Assembly (NCBI RefSeq): GCF_001194135.2
Contig: NC_068982.1
Coordinates: 83,918,203 to 83,970,749 of the forward strand
Length of the DNA stretch: 52,547 nucleotides
DNA from: Octopus bimaculoides
Taxonomy: Eukaryota
Direction of reading: 5' to 3'
Part shown: positions 50,031 to 52,547 of the stretch, one piece after another
Position numbering within the stretch: the first letter of the stretch is position 1
Layout of the letters: each line of letters starts with the position of its first letter
Notes under the pieces: model-generated
Told to the model about the DNA's origin: nothing
The model's database searches: none
Seen by the model: only the letters and a program-made list of their open reading frames with translations
Translations under genes and position numbers: made by a program

Positions 50031-50847
50031 ACATATTTTCTATGTTATCTCAATAACCAGTTTATAATGATTTCAAATACACTTCTATACAGCGACCAAG
50101 TTTTATTACAAAATGAAAATAGTTTCACACTTTCAATTTCAACCAAAATTACTAAGTGCTTCTCGAGAGTTTTGACATATGAATAATGAAAGTAATGTTT
50201 CTCCGAATTAATCACATGTATATTATAATAAAGAAAGCTGCTTATTATCTACCTGCCAAATAAACTGGGTTTTTTTTGCAACTAAAATAACCTTTTTCCA
50301 ACTAAAATAACCTAAAATAACCTAGGCAACTAGGTTGGGTCTCACAATTTTAAGTTCATTTTCAGGCAATATTTTGATTTGCTTCTAATGTATCACTTTT
50401 GTCCGATGTTTCACACATGCGTAGAATTCTACTCAAACATTTATGAAAATGTACACATAAATATTGTATTAAAATAAGCCACAACCAAAAGAATTTCATT
50501 AAAAGACATTAATTTTTCTATATGTTATGAGGAAATACAGTCTCACTCGATCTCTCTCTCACGCACAAAAAGAATGCATGCATATGCTATTGGTGAAGGT
50601 CAGGAATAAGGACTCCTGGTGTTTAGGGTTAGGGTTACACCAAAAACAGGTGGTGTGAGTATTCTTTACCTCCGCCTATTTATGTACATGTATATGAAAG
50701 ATAATGTGTGTGAAAGTGAGAGAGAGAGCAAGTGAGTGCCACTTTCACATACATGTAACAAATTTCATACATCACAGCACATCTTCACTCACTCACTGTC
50801 TCTCTCTCTCTCTCTCTCTCNNNNNNNNNNTCTTCACTCACTCACTG

Positions 50848-50906
<59 letters not shown>

Positions 50907-52424
50907 AAACCATTCCATATACACATACATCTTACACTTTCTCCTCTCACTTCAAAGCAAATGTCGCCTTTTCACTTTATTCTCTCTTTCAATTTCTTCT
51001 CCCTTCAAAGCATACAGAAATTAAAATAATTTTATGGAAATTAACAATCATATGATCCTATATATGTCGAGGTGATAACTTTGCTTCTTCAAAGGAATAC
51101 CATAAAATACCATAGAATACCATAAAATAACTTCCTTTGACACACACACATGCATACACACATTCTAGGTAAAACTTCTGTGTGAATTATGTTAATTCTT
51201 GCAGTGTGCATGTGCATATTTACAGCTCAAACCCAATTGAAATGATCTTTTTCTATTGTGTAATTTGTGCTTGTGATGAGCGTATTTAAAAACCTGATCT
51301 TGGATATAAACTTAAAAAGGAAGTTTTCCCAGAAATCCTAGTCTCTACCTCTTCTTTCTAGCATGTCCGAGGTGGCATTTCTGTCCCCCTACCCCTTATT
51401 TTTTTTTCCTAAATTTCTTCCAATTCCTATGTTTGTGATACAGGAGATTAGGATCTCACCCACAAAACACATTCTCAATATTTTATTTTTCTCCCTCTCC
51501 ACACCAAATTAATTTTTTACTTTTTTTAAATTTTTATTCTTGGTGATCCATGGAGAAAAACAGAATACGAATCTTTAAGAATTTTAACCATCACCTCACC
51601 ACTTTCAAAAAGCTACACACTCCTAATGTTTCACCTTTAGCTTTTTGGAAAGCAGGCAAGTTTCTTCAGGATTAATGTCATTTAGCTGTTGTTTCTAGCA
51701 TGTTGGGTTTTCTGGTGGTAGTCTGGTATTTTTTAAGTCTACTATTTCAGTAGAATTCTATGCATTCAGGAAACATCAGACAAAAGTGAAAGATTTGAAG
51801 ATTTTAGCTTTTTGAAAACTGGTAGGTGATGAGTGGGGAAGGAGTATTGAGTGTTTCTTTCAGAAAAATTAAACTATAAAAAATATACATATATATATGT
51901 TTCACAGATTCGTAATCTCTGTATTTTTCTACGTAGATAACAAAAAAGAAAAAAACTGAAAAAAATTTGCAAATTAAGACATTGTGGTGGGGGTTAGAGA
52001 TAAAATTAAAATTTTGAAAACATAATTGCTGGACAAAATCATATTAACCCCCTTTTATACGATGAAACAATACATAGTTTCTGATCCTTCTTAAGAACAG
52101 AAAGCCCTGTCATGTAAACCCATACAAATTGTACCCTCACCCTTCACTGTTAAACAAAAAATAACTTCCATTATGTCATTAACTATATATCAGCTGTGCT
52201 GATTATGCCCATAAGAGCAAATAATACAATGTGTTTGTAGGTCATAACACCTGGGCAACGCTGTTGTTACACAAATTTTGGGTAAAACCTCCACTTTTAC
52301 CCGCTCCCATTCATTGCACCTAGTATAGCACTAGTGTAGCAATAATTGGGTACCCTCCCAGCAGTATACTGGATAGATACTATCCCTTAGTGGGTTGAAC
52401 CCCCAACCCCTAACTCTCTCACGT

Positions 52425-52547
52425 TATATATATATATATATATATATAAAAATGAGAATGTGTGTCTGTCTGTCTGTCTGTGTGAATCCCTAAAACTCAA
52501 GAACTACGCAACCAATTTCATTCAAATTTTACACATGCCTTACTTAG
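52425..52547 (+). mobile_element. 5' end of another copy of the same Helitron family, running off the window
   Basis: TATAAAAATGAGAATGTGTG(TCTG)n..TAAAACTC.AGAACTAC.CAACCAATTTCATT.AAATTTTACACATG matches the reverse complement of about 29190-29295. Confidence 0.85.

Overview
Eukaryotic, AT-rich, repeat-dense scaffold with several N gaps. The repeat families and (GAT)n-tailed RTE LINEs look cephalopod (Octopus-like); this is an inference from pattern recognition, not a search. The window appears to be the interior of one large + strand host gene. Six short exons (8716-8775, 9947-10009, 15311-15318, 16013-16032, 34756-34828, 36984-37019), two of them microexons, splice into one uninterrupted reading frame for a Pro/Ser-rich, probably disordered region that I cannot name. 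The introns hold many mobile elements: at least 7 RTE-clade LINE copies or fragments (two near full length, with a PHD-type zinc finger inside the RT), a Helitron with both termini plus Rep and PIF1 helicase remnants and an internal telomere-like array, further Helitron pieces, three Penelope-like (GIY-YIG) elements, a Dong/R4-type LINE in TAA repeats, a Gypsy remnant and tRNA-derived SINEs. Several local templated duplications and inversions are visible. All transposon ORFs are broken by stops or frameshifts. No rRNA, true tRNA or CRISPR array was seen. Element boundaries are approximate unless a terminus is stated.
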